In this document: positions 20,168 to 30,456 of the stretch, piece by piece
Layout of the letters: each line of letters begins with the position of its first letter
Numbering within the stretch: the first letter of the stretch is position 1
Assembly (NCBI GenBank): GCA_963681965.1
Contig: OY820579.1
Coordinates: 3,744,001-3,808,000 of the forward strand
Reading direction: 5' to 3'
DNA from: a bacterium
GTDB lineage: Bacteria > Electryoneota > JAOADG01
Length of the DNA: 64,000 bases
Made by a program: the position numbers and the translations under genes
The notes under the pieces: generated by a model
What the model was told of the DNA's origin: nothing
The model's database searches: none
The model's input: only the letters and a program-made list of their open reading frames with translations

Positions 20168-21208
20168 ATGGTTGATCAAAGCGGCGCATTACACGTTCAT
20201 ACGACATACTCCGACGGGACTGGCACCTGGAACGAGTTGATGAAGTATGCACAGGAATCGCGTCTCGATTTTCTGATCACTCACGATCACAATTCACTCG
20301 AACCGATGCACCAGAAGCTTGACGGCTTCCACGGGAACTGTCTGGTCGTGGCACAAATGGAATTGAACGATCCCGACGACCGGAATCATTACCTCACACT
20401 CGATGTCAATCAGGATATTCCCCCCAATCTTCCGGCTGCCGACAATGTCCGACTGGTCCGTGAACAGGGCGGTTTCGGCATCATTGCCCACCCGCACGAG
20501 CATCGCCACGAATTGAAGTATCCGGCATATCCGTGGGATTGTTGGAATGAAAAATTCGATGGGATGGAACTCTGGAATCAACTCTCGTCGTGGAAAGAAG
20601 CGCTCTCGCGCTGGAATCGACCGTGGCGTTTTATCAAACCGAATATGACACTGACGTTGCCGCCGCAGGAAACGCTCGACAAGTGGGATGAAGTGAATTT
20701 AGAGCGGGACGTGATTGGTGTGTTCGGGATCGATGCCCACGCGTTGAAATATCGCACGCTTATGGGTCTTTGTACCGTAACGATTTTCCCATATAAAGTG
20801 CATTTTAAATCGTTGCGTGTCACGGCGCTGGTTCCGTCTCCGCTGAAAAATTACCCGGTGGAGGAAGCACGGCGCATTCTGATCGATGCGTTCCGTGCCG
20901 GACGATTGCACTGCATCAATCATCGCCTCGGCGACGGTATCGGCTTCCGGTTCTGGGCGGAACATGGTCAGCACGATGTGCTCTGGCCCGGTGCATCGGT
21001 CAAATTCGAACCGGGTTGGACGCTGCTCACCAAATCGCCCGACCGCTGCAAACTGCGATTGATCCGGAATGGGGTCGTCGATCGCGAATTGTACGGACAC
21101 GAATTATCGCTCCCGATCGAAGAACCGGGTGTCTATCGCATCGAAGCTCACAAGAAAGAGCGCGGCTGGCTGTATACCAATCCGATCCGATTCCGTAAAC
21201 CGAAATAA
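20168..21208 (+). CDS. PHP-domain metallohydrolase
   Basis: GALHVHTTYSDG, THDHN, IAHP, ELWN, GIDAH. Confidence 0.88.
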   Translation: MVDQSGALHVHTTYSDGTGTWNELMKYAQESRLDFLITHDHNSLEPMHQKLDGFHGNCLVVAQMELNDPDDRNHYLTLDVNQDIPPNLPAADNVRLVREQGGFGIIAHPHEHRHELKYPAYPWDCWNEKFDGMELWNQLSSWKEALSRWNRPWRFIKPNMTLTLPPQETLDKWDEVNLERDVIGVFGIDAHALKYRTLMGLCTVTIFPYKVHFKSLRVTALVPSPLKNYPVEEARRILIDAFRAGRLHCINHRLGDGIGFRFWAEHGQHDVLWPGASVKFEPGWTLLTKSPDRCKLRLIRNGVVDRELYGHELSLPIEEPGVYRIEAHKKERGWLYTNPIRFRKPK

Positions 21209-21541
21209 TTCACACCAGCAACCATTTAAGTAGGGGCGGTTCCCTGCTGCCTCCCGTTTATTTTCATTCATCCTGTATCTTGAAGTAGGGGCGGATCCCC
21301 GCATCCGCCCGATCTTTTTGTTTCTTTACATCTTTCCCCCACTCCCATCTCCTATCACCCAACACCCATCTTTTTACTCACATAAGCGGCACGCCGAATC
21401 GGACTTCGACAATGCTATCTTTTACCAAGCACCCACTATATTCTTTCCAATTCAAATCCAACGCTACCATTCCAAAACCGAAATCGATATATTATCCTTT
21501 AATCATCCTATACTGTCTCACTTTTTTGTTGGGTACCAATT

Positions 21542-22765
21542 ATGTTGCGCATCCTGACCAATCTCGGACGAACTGTCACTCCCTCCGGAAAATATCCCTT
21601 CGCTTGGATCGAACACTCCGGCGGTGAACTTGCCATGCGCGACGGTCGAATCGTCGCTGTGCCGTGGGGCGAATTGGCGATACCGTTACCGGGCGAAGAG
21701 ACTTTCGTCCATGACTGTAGCGGACAACTGCTGTTGCCCGGTTTCGTCGATAGCCATACCCATTTGGTGTATGGCGGGAATCGCGCTCATGAATTCGCGA
21801 GACGCTGTGCCGGCGAAACCTACCGCGAGATCGCTGCCAGTGGCGGTGGTATTCGTTACACTGTCCGCCAGACGCGTAGTGCCGACCTTGACGTCCTAAC
21901 CGACGGTATCGAACAACGACTTCAACAGGCGCTTACAGCCGGTACGACCACGATTGAAATCAAAGCATCCTACGGTTTGCAACTGAATGCCGATTTAAAG
22001 CAACTGGAAGCGATCCGCAACGCCGCCGAAAGCTATCCCGGACGGGTTGTCGCTACCTGTCTCTCCGCTCATGAAATTCCCGATGAATATCTCGACAAAC
22101 GCGAAGCATACATCGATGCGCTCTGCAACGACATTCTCCCTGCCGTGCGCGAGCAGGGGATCGCGACACGTGCCGATATCTATTGCGAAGACAATGTCTT
22201 TTCGGTACCGGAGGCGCGCCGGATTTTGAATCTCGCTAAAGAACTCGGATTCGAATTGACGATGCATGTCGATCAATGGACGAATTTGGGCGGAGCTGCG
22301 CTCGCAGCCGAACTCGGCGTGCAAAGTGCCGATCATCTCGAAGCGACCGGTCCGGAAGGATTAGTAGCACTAGCAGCAGCAGGTGTTGTCGGTACGTTGC
22401 TGCCGGGATCGGTTTGGTTTGCCAATGCGACGCACTATCCCAATGCCGAATTGATGAAAGCGGCAGGCATTCCTTTGGCGCTGGCATCGGATCACAATCC
22501 CGGCAGTGCGATGACACTGGAAATGCCGCTCGTCCTGACACTCGCGGGATTGGGTTGTAAACTCGTCGGTCGCGATGCACTTACCGCAGCCACGCTCGGT
22601 GGTGCGATGGCACTCGGTTTGGCAGACGATATCGGTTCGATCGAATTGGGAAAACGTGCCGATCTCACGCTCTGGCAACTGCTGCATGAAGATGAAATTG
22701 CCTATCGTGCTGGTGGTGTCCGACCGACGTCTGTAATCGTGAATGGCGAAATTGTAGGGAAATAG
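21542..22765 (+). CDS. hutI: Imidazolonepropionase
   Basis: PGFVDSHTHLV, Y.EI...GGGI, GTTTIEIK.SYGL, SADHL, SDHNPGS, GSIE.GKRADL. Confidence 0.95.
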   Translation: MLRILTNLGRTVTPSGKYPFAWIEHSGGELAMRDGRIVAVPWGELAIPLPGEETFVHDCSGQLLLPGFVDSHTHLVYGGNRAHEFARRCAGETYREIAASGGGIRYTVRQTRSADLDVLTDGIEQRLQQALTAGTTTIEIKASYGLQLNADLKQLEAIRNAAESYPGRVVATCLSAHEIPDEYLDKREAYIDALCNDILPAVREQGIATRADIYCEDNVFSVPEARRILNLAKELGFELTMHVDQWTNLGGAALAAELGVQSADHLEATGPEGLVALAAAGVVGTLLPGSVWFANATHYPNAELMKAAGIPLALASDHNPGSAMTLEMPLVLTLAGLGCKLVGRDALTAATLGGAMALGLADDIGSIELGKRADLTLWQLLHEDEIAYRAGGVRPTSVIVNGEIVGK

Positions 22766-23180
22766 TCATTAGTGAATGGAAATTGGAAAATAGTGCTTGG
22801 GAGATAGTAGGTAGTGAATAGTGGCTGGCGAATAGTCATGGTGAATGGTAGTTGGTAGTTGGTTGTTGGTTGTTGGTAGCGGCGGACTTTAGTCCGCTTT
22901 TACTTCATTTTCTTATTCTGTGTAGCCGCAGGCTTCAGCCTGCGTTATATTTATTTTATCCTTTATCCTTTATCCTTCAGCAGGGGCGGGTCCCCGCGCC
23001 CGCCCGATCTTATATCTTTTCATCTTTTCCCAATCCCCGCCACCTATCCCCTATCACCAATTTTTATACGTATGGCATTCACCCTGAGTGACAGACAGCG
23101 CCTGACATCGAGCATCCGATTAAATTGTGATTTTTTCATGAACGATATAAAAAAAACGCAGGCTAAAGCCTAACCTCCGA
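22761..23180. repeat. Degenerate heptamer tract followed by a REP-like cluster
   Basis: (GAATAGT/GTTGGTA/GTTGGTT)n, then GTAGCGGCGGACTTTAGTCCGC, GTAGCCGCAGGCTTCAGCCTGCG, GGGGCGGGTCCCCGCGCCCGCCC. Confidence 0.8.
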
Positions 23181-23233
23181 CCATAACCCACGCACTACAT
23201 TGATACACAATACTATATAATTATATGTAATAG

Positions 23234-23249
23234 TGTAATATTGCTCACA
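23234..23249. promoter_or_regulatory. CRP-like box upstream of the DUF2892 gene
   Basis: TGTAA-TATTGC-TCACA versus consensus TGTGA-N6-TCACA. Confidence 0.4.
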
Positions 23250-23316
23250 TCTCTTTCTTTATCGATACTATCGATTATCAATACGATCTCGTATCACTAG
23301 GAAAGAGGAGTATGTC

Positions 23317-23553
23317 ATGTATACGAAAAATGTGGGTAATCTGGATCGCTTCATTCGATTCCTGATTGCCAGCGGTTTGATCATCTGGGGCATTCAAGCA
23401 GTGAGTTATTTTTGGGTCGTGATAGGTATCTATTTCATCGTCACCGCGCTCACCGGAAAATGCCTGCTATATTCCGCCGCGGGCGTAAGTACCATTCCGA
23501 TTCTGAGCGAACGGAAACACGAAGATATCCGCTATCACCGCGATAACAGATAA
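23317..23553 (+). CDS. DUF2892/YgaP-like small membrane protein
   Basis: Strong RBS GAGGAG; KNVG..DR.IR, two TM helices, C.LY...G.ST. Confidence 0.88.
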   Translation: MYTKNVGNLDRFIRFLIASGLIIWGIQAVSYFWVVIGIYFIVTALTGKCLLYSAAGVSTIPILSERKHEDIRYHRDNR

Positions 23554-23878
23554 TGCTCTGTCGAATGCGTATTTATCAATGTTCGTAAAGCAAAAAACGC
23601 AGGCTGAAGCTAAATATATTATTTAAGATCTATGGTAGGGGCAACGCCGCCCCCGCTGGGGGTTCGCGAACCGCCCGTGTCCGACAAATTCGTAGAATTA
23701 CCACTAGATACACGATTTCGAATACAAGAAAATTCTCGCCACAGTATTTCAATTCGCTACTATCTTAGAGTTACGGGCGGTTCGCGAACCGCCCCTACCA
23801 AAGATATAAAAAAAATCCAATAAGCTGCAATTTCGAAAAAACGATAGATTGCCACAGACCCTTCGGGTCTTCGCAATG

Positions 23879-24941
23879 GGCATAAACGCAAAAATGTGTG
23901 CTGGGATCGCTACTTAGGTGTCATTTGAAAGTACCATTTGAAGTAATTGAATCGTTTCTGTTCTTTGAGTCCGCGGTGGTTCCGATACTTCGCTTTCAAT
24001 CGCGAAAAGTATCCTTCCAACGCATTGGTTGACGTTGGTATGGTTGGTTCGTCGAGATAATGGAACATATCCGGGATCGCCTTTAACAGCATACTTCTGG
24101 CACATTTCAGGTCGCTTGCGATCCAACCGCCAGTCGGTGCCGCGACCGCTTTGCCATAGCGCTTTTCCCATTGTTGTGTTTTTTTTATAAAGCTGTCGCG
24201 TTTGGCTTTAGTATCGATCTCAACGACCGTCGTAAACAGTTCCGCTAGTTTCCTGGCATCGGTTCTTTTAGGATTGCGACGACACCACCGTAATCCCTGA
24301 CGTTGGATGTGTACAAGGCAACGCTGCACCTTGATCTGCGGCCATAATTCGCGCAGAATCCGTATTACATGCGGGTTTCCGTCGACAGTGCAACTGATCG
24401 GGTTCAGGCCGCGTGCGATAAGAGGTTGCAAGAAGCGTCGAACCTGGTCGGCAACGTTTTCTTTTACATTGTAAGAACCGTCGACGATCGTCGTCGACGC
24501 GCCATCCATCAAAGCGACGATCGATGCGCTCCGTGTCAGAAACGTCCCGTCGATCAATAGATGACGGTGATGCGAAAGCGAACCGAAATCGTCCGGCGGT
24601 GGCTCCGACAGCCTTTGTTGGATCGTGTTCCATAACGAGCGTGGACTGCAGCCGCTTTGGCAGCAGAGTTGACGGATCGAATATCCTTCGGCGATCCAAA
24701 GCTGAAACCAGTCGGGAGATCGACGCTCATGGCGGAATGAATGCCGACAAGTACGACAAAACCAGCGTTGACGACCGTTACTGTAATGACCGTTTTTTTA
24801 GATCCGTGCAGAGGCAAATTGGACAATGTCGAAGAGCCATGAAAGTGCACCTAAGTGATTTACGTTAGCAAATGGTTCTTATAATAGCAAAGAAAATCTT
24901 GAGTTACTAGCGATCTCAGCACACATTTTTGCGTTTATGCC
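23879..24941 (-). mobile_element. 1063-bp insertion sequence (IS256/Mutator-like DDE) with 34-bp inverted repeats and a 7-bp target duplication
   Basis: IR GGCATAAACGCAAAAATGTGTGCTG(G/A)GATCGCTA at 23879-23912 and 24908-24941 (1 mismatch); CGCAATG at 23872-23878 and 24942-24948. Confidence 0.92.
23910..24840 (-). pseudogene. Transposase split by a frameshift at an A7 run (24793-24799)
   Basis: MALRHCPIC..DLKK, then a +1 frame KNG....RQRWFCRTC (Zn ribbon) continuing into IDGTF / VDG / QRCLVH / STNALEG DDE core. Confidence 0.8.
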
Positions 24942-24973
24942 CGCAATGACAGATAAGAAAAATATAAAAAAGA

Positions 24974-26572
24974 TTACAAATTTCTGCGGAAGCGGGCGAG
25001 TGGTAGATTTAACTGTTCGCGGTATTTCTGAACGGTGCGGCGCGCCAGCTTGAAACCGAGGTCGTTCAATTTGTCGCACAGCGCCTGATCGGTGAGCGGA
25101 TGCTGTTTGTCTTCATTCTCAATCAGCTCCGCCAACTTCTGCTTAATCTCACGCGTCGATACATCCTCACCGCTATCGGTTTCCAACCCGACCGAGAAGA
25201 AATGTTTCAATGAGAATGTTCCGAAATCGGTCTCGACATATTTATCTTTAATCGCGCGCGATACCGTAGAATTATCGCATTCGGCATTCCGCGCCACTTC
25301 TAGCTGCGTCAGCGGATAGAGATCCTCGCCCGACAGAAAGAACCGGTGCTGTATTCGGACAATCCATTCCATCACATCGAGCATCGTTTTGTGCCGACTC
25401 TGAACCGCTTTGACAAAGTTGCGCGCCGCTTCGAATTTCTGTTCAATCCACTGTTTCGACGCACTATCAAGATTTTTTTCCTGAAACATCGAGCGATAGC
25501 GTTTACTGATTCGCAGATCGGGAATGACACCGTCATTCAGATAGATAAAATAGCGACGCCCATTGGCTAATTCGACAATTCGTCCGGGTGGTGCGGAATC
25601 GAGTTGCTGCGCAGTCACGCGCAATTCCGGAACGACATATTCGCGCTCTTCGCGACCGACACCTGGCGTCTGCTGCAAATTCTGAATCGCTTTGAATGCC
25701 GCCTTGAATTCGTCTTCACTCATTCCGGTTGCATCGAGAATCGTTTCGAAACGACGGCGCGACAGCGGCTCGAAATATTTCTCAATCAACATCAGCGCGC
25801 GATCGTAAACAGCGTAATGCGGCGATCGCTCGTCGATATCGGATAGTTTTCGCTTGAGTTGCAGGATCAGCGATTCGCGCAGTGATCGTGCGAAAATGCC
25901 GGGTGGATCGAATTGCTGCAACTGCGTCAATACAAATTCCACCTGATCGATTTCGGCATCCATTTTGTTCGCGATGTAGTGCACGATATCGGTATCGAGA
26001 TAGCCGGAAGCATTCAGCGATCCAATAATCATCTCGCCGATTTCCCGCTGCTCCTCCGTCATCGTCGTCGCCATCGCCAACTGCTCGTTGATCGAATCGA
26101 GAAAATTGCTCTCGCTGCGATATTCATTCGACTGTTCGTTTTCACTTTCGTGATCGATGATTGACGGGAGACGACCGCCGACATAATCCTCGTCGCGGAA
26201 ATATTGATCCCAGTCCATCTCTTTCTGGCGTTCGAGACTATTCGGCGAGGTATCGCCGATTTCATGATCCGGTTCCGACGGTAAGTCGCCATTCATCTTC
26301 GCTTCGACGACCGGTGCCGCTTCCTGAATATCGGGATCGGCTTCCGGAACATCCGGCAGACCGACCAATTTCTCGTCGTAGGTGTCGTCGTCGCTTCGGA
26401 CTTCAGTCGGATCGACCAGCTCTAGCAATGGATTTTGATCCAACTCCACTTCCACCCGTTGCATCAATTCGAGCAGCGGTACTTGCAACAATTCGGCACG
26501 CAATATTTGCTGCTGCGTGATCTTTTGCTGCAGTTCCAGTCTTGGTGAAAGTGATAGTTGATTCGATAGCAT
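24974..26572 (-). CDS. rpoN: RNA polymerase sigma-54 factor
   Basis: Q/L-rich region I, E...NPLLE, FDPPGIFARSLRE, STVSRA..KY, RpoN box ARRTVQKYRE. Confidence 0.97.
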   Translation of the reverse strand: MLSNQLSLSPRLELQQKITQQQILRAELLQVPLLELMQRVEVELDQNPLLELVDPTEVRSDDDTYDEKLVGLPDVPEADPDIQEAAPVVEAKMNGDLPSEPDHEIGDTSPNSLERQKEMDWDQYFRDEDYVGGRLPSIIDHESENEQSNEYRSESNFLDSINEQLAMATTMTEEQREIGEMIIGSLNASGYLDTDIVHYIANKMDAEIDQVEFVLTQLQQFDPPGIFARSLRESLILQLKRKLSDIDERSPHYAVYDRALMLIEKYFEPLSRRRFETILDATGMSEDEFKAAFKAIQNLQQTPGVGREEREYVVPELRVTAQQLDSAPPGRIVELANGRRYFIYLNDGVIPDLRISKRYRSMFQEKNLDSASKQWIEQKFEAARNFVKAVQSRHKTMLDVMEWIVRIQHRFFLSGEDLYPLTQLEVARNAECDNSTVSRAIKDKYVETDFGTFSLKHFFSVGLETDSGEDVSTREIKQKLAELIENEDKQHPLTDQALCDKLNDLGFKLARRTVQKYREQLNLPLARFRRNL

Positions 26573-26694
26573 TACTTATTTTTTCCGGAGGTCGGACACT
26601 CCTGTCCGACTCAATTTCTTTTTCGATGATGGATCAAAATTTCCATCCGCCAATCGCAATAAATCGCAAATAAATATTCACGTCGATAAAAGCA

Positions 26695-27429
26695 TCAATC
26701 CGCTTTTTCGAGTTTGAATTTCTCGCCTAGATACAATTTGCGCGCTTCGGGATTGTCCGCCAGTTCCTGTGTCGTTCCCGAAAGTAGAATACTGCCGGTG
26801 TAAAGCAGGTAGACCCGGTCGCAAATCGCCATCGTCTCGCGCACATTATGATCGGTGATTAAAACTCCGATTCCACGATGCTTCAGGTCGCGCACGATTG
26901 TCTGAATATCCTGCACTGCAATCGGATCGATCCCGGCAAACGGTTCGTCCAGCAGCAGAAATTTCGGATCGGTGGTCAGTGCGCGCGCGATTTCGGTACG
27001 CCGTCGTTCGCCGCCCGACAAGGTATACGCTTTCGAATGCTCGACTTTGCGTAATCCGAATTCATCGAGCAATCCATCGCATTTCGCGACCCGTTCCGCT
27101 TTATTCAATTTCAATGTTTCGAGAATTGCCATCAGATTGTTGCGTACGGTCAGCTTGCGGAACACCGACGGTTCCTGCGACAGATAACCAATGCCAAGTC
27201 GCGCCCGCTTGTACATCGGATAACCGGTGGCATCGGTCTCGCCGATAAATATTTTACCGCCATCCGGTTTGATCATCCCGACAGTCATATAGAAACTGGT
27301 GGTTTTACCAGCGCCATTCGGACCGAGCAATCCGACAATTTCGCCCTGCGTCATTTCGAACGATACATCGTTCACGACGGTGCGTTTACCGTACTGCTTC
27401 ATCAAATGTTCTGCGCGTAGTGTGAGCAT
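26695..27429 (-). CDS. lptB: LPS export ABC transporter ATPase
   Basis: [43 protein letters not shown]. Confidence 0.97.
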   Translation of the reverse strand: MLTLRAEHLMKQYGKRTVVNDVSFEMTQGEIVGLLGPNGAGKTTSFYMTVGMIKPDGGKIFIGETDATGYPMYKRARLGIGYLSQEPSVFRKLTVRNNLMAILETLKLNKAERVAKCDGLLDEFGLRKVEHSKAYTLSGGERRRTEIARALTTDPKFLLLDEPFAGIDPIAVQDIQTIVRDLKHRGIGVLITDHNVRETMAICDRVYLLYTGSILLSGTTQELADNPEARKLYLGEKFKLEKAD

Positions 27430-27438
27430 AGTACCCGT

Positions 27439-28584
27439 CTATTCTATCGGTTTATTCCACCCTTCCGGGTAATAGGTGCCTTCGATACCGCCGATCACCG
27501 TGATCTTGCGGATCTCCTTGCGCTGAAAAACAATTCGGAGCGTATCGCCCGAGGCGACATTGGCACCGCTGTTTTTCCCTTTTTCGTAGATATAATATTT
27601 CGACTTCGCATTTCCGGACACGACGATACTGTCGATCACCCCCTTGGTAAAATACGAGTGGAGTTGTTGTCCGGTCATGTGGTTCAGAGGCGCCGTCGGG
27701 GTCGAATCCGCCGGTGTGATCGCATCGACATCCTTGAATGCGATCATGTCGTCAAGTTGCTGATTCTTGAATAGGAATCGCATACTGTCCGCTTTCATCT
27801 CTTCCTTGCCGCGCAACAATTTCGGCGATTTCGTCAGCGTCGCAAATCCGGTCGAATCGTTGAACAGCAGATACCCGCCGGTAGCGCGAAAGGTGTCTTG
27901 CACAATCACGACATTCCCTTCGGTCTTCGCCACCCGGAACGAATCGTTCATCCACATCCGGTTGCCCGTGATGGTGATCGGATTTTTTTTCAGCGAATCG
28001 AGTTTCACCAATTTCGGATTGATCGTGACATCGGCTTCGCGATTCACTTCGTCGTATGTTGCCAGATCGCCGGTGATGGTCGTTCGTCCGGTTGAATCGG
28101 TGACGACCACTTCGCCGCGATAGGTTGCAAAACCGCTATCGTAATCGTAGTCGAGCCGCCGACAGCGAATTGTGCGGTTGTTGCGCTCTTTCACCACGAC
28201 ATTGCCGACTGCCTGTGCTACGCCGGAAACTTCGAAATAGGTTACTTCTTCGGCACAGAGCACCCGTGCGGAATCGACAATCACGACTTTTCCGCGGAGA
28301 TAGGCTTTCCGTTTCAGCGAATAGAATTCGGCATAATCGCAATTGATGTGAATGTCTTGCTGCGAAAAGCTGACACTGTCAATTAATATTCGGACCTGTT
28401 CGGAATCCTGTTCGACGTTGCGGAGGATCTTCGCTTTTTCCAGTTCCAGCGGACCCTTGCGCCCGCCGAATCCGGCGAATGCGGGAAGCGTAAGCAACAA
28501 CAGCAACACACCGCAGAGGATCCGGTTCAGGTGCCCGACTTTCGTCAAGCAGTGGTTGGGGGTATTCATGGATGGGTGGTTCAT
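27439..28584 (-). CDS. LptA/OstA-like beta-jellyroll protein (extended)
   Basis: Signal peptide, repeated A.GNV/G.VV beta units; lies between lptC and lptB. Confidence 0.82.
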   Translation of the reverse strand: MNHPSMNTPNHCLTKVGHLNRILCGVLLLLLTLPAFAGFGGRKGPLELEKAKILRNVEQDSEQVRILIDSVSFSQQDIHINCDYAEFYSLKRKAYLRGKVVIVDSARVLCAEEVTYFEVSGVAQAVGNVVVKERNNRTIRCRRLDYDYDSGFATYRGEVVVTDSTGRTTITGDLATYDEVNREADVTINPKLVKLDSLKKNPITITGNRMWMNDSFRVAKTEGNVVIVQDTFRATGGYLLFNDSTGFATLTKSPKLLRGKEEMKADSMRFLFKNQQLDDMIAFKDVDAITPADSTPTAPLNHMTGQQLHSYFTKGVIDSIVVSGNAKSKYYIYEKGKNSGANVASGDTLRIVFQRKEIRKITVIGGIEGTYYPEGWNKPIE

Positions 28585-29168
28585 GGTGTTTTGACGCGAC
28601 GGTCGTTGCGCGGTTTCGGTTGTCGTTCCGGCATGGCGCGGTAACTGCGACCGAGCGGTTCTTTGATTTCCCAGAAGTGCAGCCCTTCATCGGCAACGAG
28701 ACCGACGCCGTACAGCGTATCCAATGCCGTCGAGATCCTAACCGAATCGGGGGTATTGATTTGGCGCGTTGTCGGGTTCCAATTCAAGGTCTTGGTGTCG
28801 AGACCGGCTTTCGATTCGTCCGACCAGACATACACGTCGCCGATCGCGCGGAATGATTCACGAAGTTCATCGACGATGGCGCTCTTTGCCAGCATGAAAC
28901 CGCTGCGTTTGCCAAGGGTATCGAGGAAGATGAACCGGACCCCGCCACTCATGGTGAGTGCTTCGTTTTCACGCATCTGAATCACTTTCGACGCGCGGAC
29001 TTTACTCCGTTCCAATCCACCTTGCGAGAACGTGATATTGACGCCGTACATCTCCTGCTGCGGTACTTCGCGATATGCGGGAAGCGGCGCTTCGGTAGTG
29101 GAACTGCAGCCGGACAGCGACAGCAAACCGATCATTAACAATCCCAAAATCAGTGCTGCGGTTTTCAC
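28581..29168 (-). CDS. lptC: LPS export periplasmic protein (lipoprotein)
   Basis: Lipobox LSGC; L.T..L.W, T...V.I, GVGL.AD; operon context. Confidence 0.85.
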   Translation of the reverse strand: MKTAALILGLLMIGLLSLSGCSSTTEAPLPAYREVPQQEMYGVNITFSQGGLERSKVRASKVIQMRENEALTMSGGVRFIFLDTLGKRSGFMLAKSAIVDELRESFRAIGDVYVWSDESKAGLDTKTLNWNPTTRQINTPDSVRISTALDTLYGVGLVADEGLHFWEIKEPLGRSYRAMPERQPKPRNDRRVKTP

Positions 29169-29773
29169 GAGGCGCGCTCCGGAGTGGTAAGATCGGTTCC
29201 GAGCCGGTCATTCAATATTGCGGGAAATTTTCCTTGCGCTGTCAGCACCGCTTCCACCGCTTCGCGCAAAACTCCTCGACCGCCCCGAGCGCGGGTGCAG
29301 GCAGTGGCGTGTTGCAGCACCAACGGGTCGGCATCGCTGGGTGCGACGGTGATTCCGGCAAGCGGAAAGACCGGCAGGTCGATGATATCGTCGCCAAGGT
29401 AGAGTGTTTCGGGGGGAGTAAATGCGCATTCGGACTGGAGTGCCAGCATCCCGTCGCGCTTCTGATTTATCGGCTTGCCGACGACATGGACGATCCCCAA
29501 TTCACGGGCGCGGCGCGCTACGACCGGTTTGAGTCGACCGGTGAGCACGGCAAGTTCCAGTCCGGTCTGTTGTGCCAACCAGACACCGACGCCGTCGCGG
29601 ACGGAGAACGCTTTGGTTTCGCCGGTTTCGCCATCGAGGATGATCGAACCGTCGGTCAGCACGCCGTCGACATCGGTAACGATCCAGCGAATTTTGCGCA
29701 ATTGCTGCTGGAATCGGGGGTCACCGATCCAAGGTGGGCGAGAATTGTCTGGTACTAGCAAATTTCGTTCCAT
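29165..29773 (-). CDS. kdsC: KDO 8-phosphate phosphatase (HAD)
   Basis: DVDGVLTDG, K.F.VRDG, LTGR, YLGDD..D, GGRGVLRE. Confidence 0.93.
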   Translation of the reverse strand: MERNLLVPDNSRPPWIGDPRFQQQLRKIRWIVTDVDGVLTDGSIILDGETGETKAFSVRDGVGVWLAQQTGLELAVLTGRLKPVVARRARELGIVHVVGKPINQKRDGMLALQSECAFTPPETLYLGDDIIDLPVFPLAGITVAPSDADPLVLQHATACTRARGGRGVLREAVEAVLTAQGKFPAILNDRLGTDLTTPERAS

Positions 29774-29935
29774 TTGCTAAAGATAGCGTGGACAATGGGT
29801 GAGAGCAATAAAATCGCAGATCGATTGAAAGATGATCAGGAGGGAGATCCGGCTCGAGGAGGGGAAAGTTTATTCATGCAAGTAATGTAGCCGTAGGATT
29901 CTGATGATTTTATTTATCTAGACATCGGCTATCTG

Positions 29936-30163
29936 GTAGCGGCGGACTTTAGTCCGCTGTCTTTGTTGTTTTCTGTGTAGCCGCAGGCTTTAGTCCGCTG
30001 TCTTTGTCGATTTCTATGTAGCCGCAGGCTTTAGTCCGCTGTCTTTGTAGTTTTCTGTGTAGCAGCAGGCATTAGTCCGCTGTCTTTGTCGATTTCTATG
30101 TAGCCGCAGGCTTTAGTCCGCTGTCTTTGTTATTTTCTGTGTAGCCGCTAGCATTAGCCTGCG
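29936..30163 (+). repeat. 41-bp tandem array of chimeric REP units (5 units plus a terminal REP)
   Basis: Unit starts at 29936, 29977, 30018, 30059, 30100 and 30141; linkers near-identical and alternating. Confidence 0.92.
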
Positions 30164-30456
30164 CTCTGGTTCTTTTCCGTTCATCATCGATCGAACCCGA
30201 CCGTTCAAGAATAGCAGATAAAAATAAAGTCCGCCCATACAAATCCATGTGTTTATGGTAGGGGCGGTTCGCGAACCGCCCGTGTCCACTGATGTAAGGC
30301 GAATGTATCAGGATTCACTAATCACAAATAATCTTTTAAATCGCATGCACAAAATTCAAAATTTGCAACTTTCCGGAGTCAAGGCGGACGCGCAAGAACG
30401 CCCCTACCACGAGATTTATATCAGCGTCGGACTAAAGTCCAACCTCCGAATTTGCT

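Noticed and set aside
24554-24850. 98-aa ORF as a separate IS gene
   Set aside because: Wrong frame; the Zn-ribbon residues lie in the other two minus-strand frames
29936-30163. CRISPR array
   Set aside because: Linkers are near-identical and only ~19 nt, the units are REP-derived, and no cas genes are nearby
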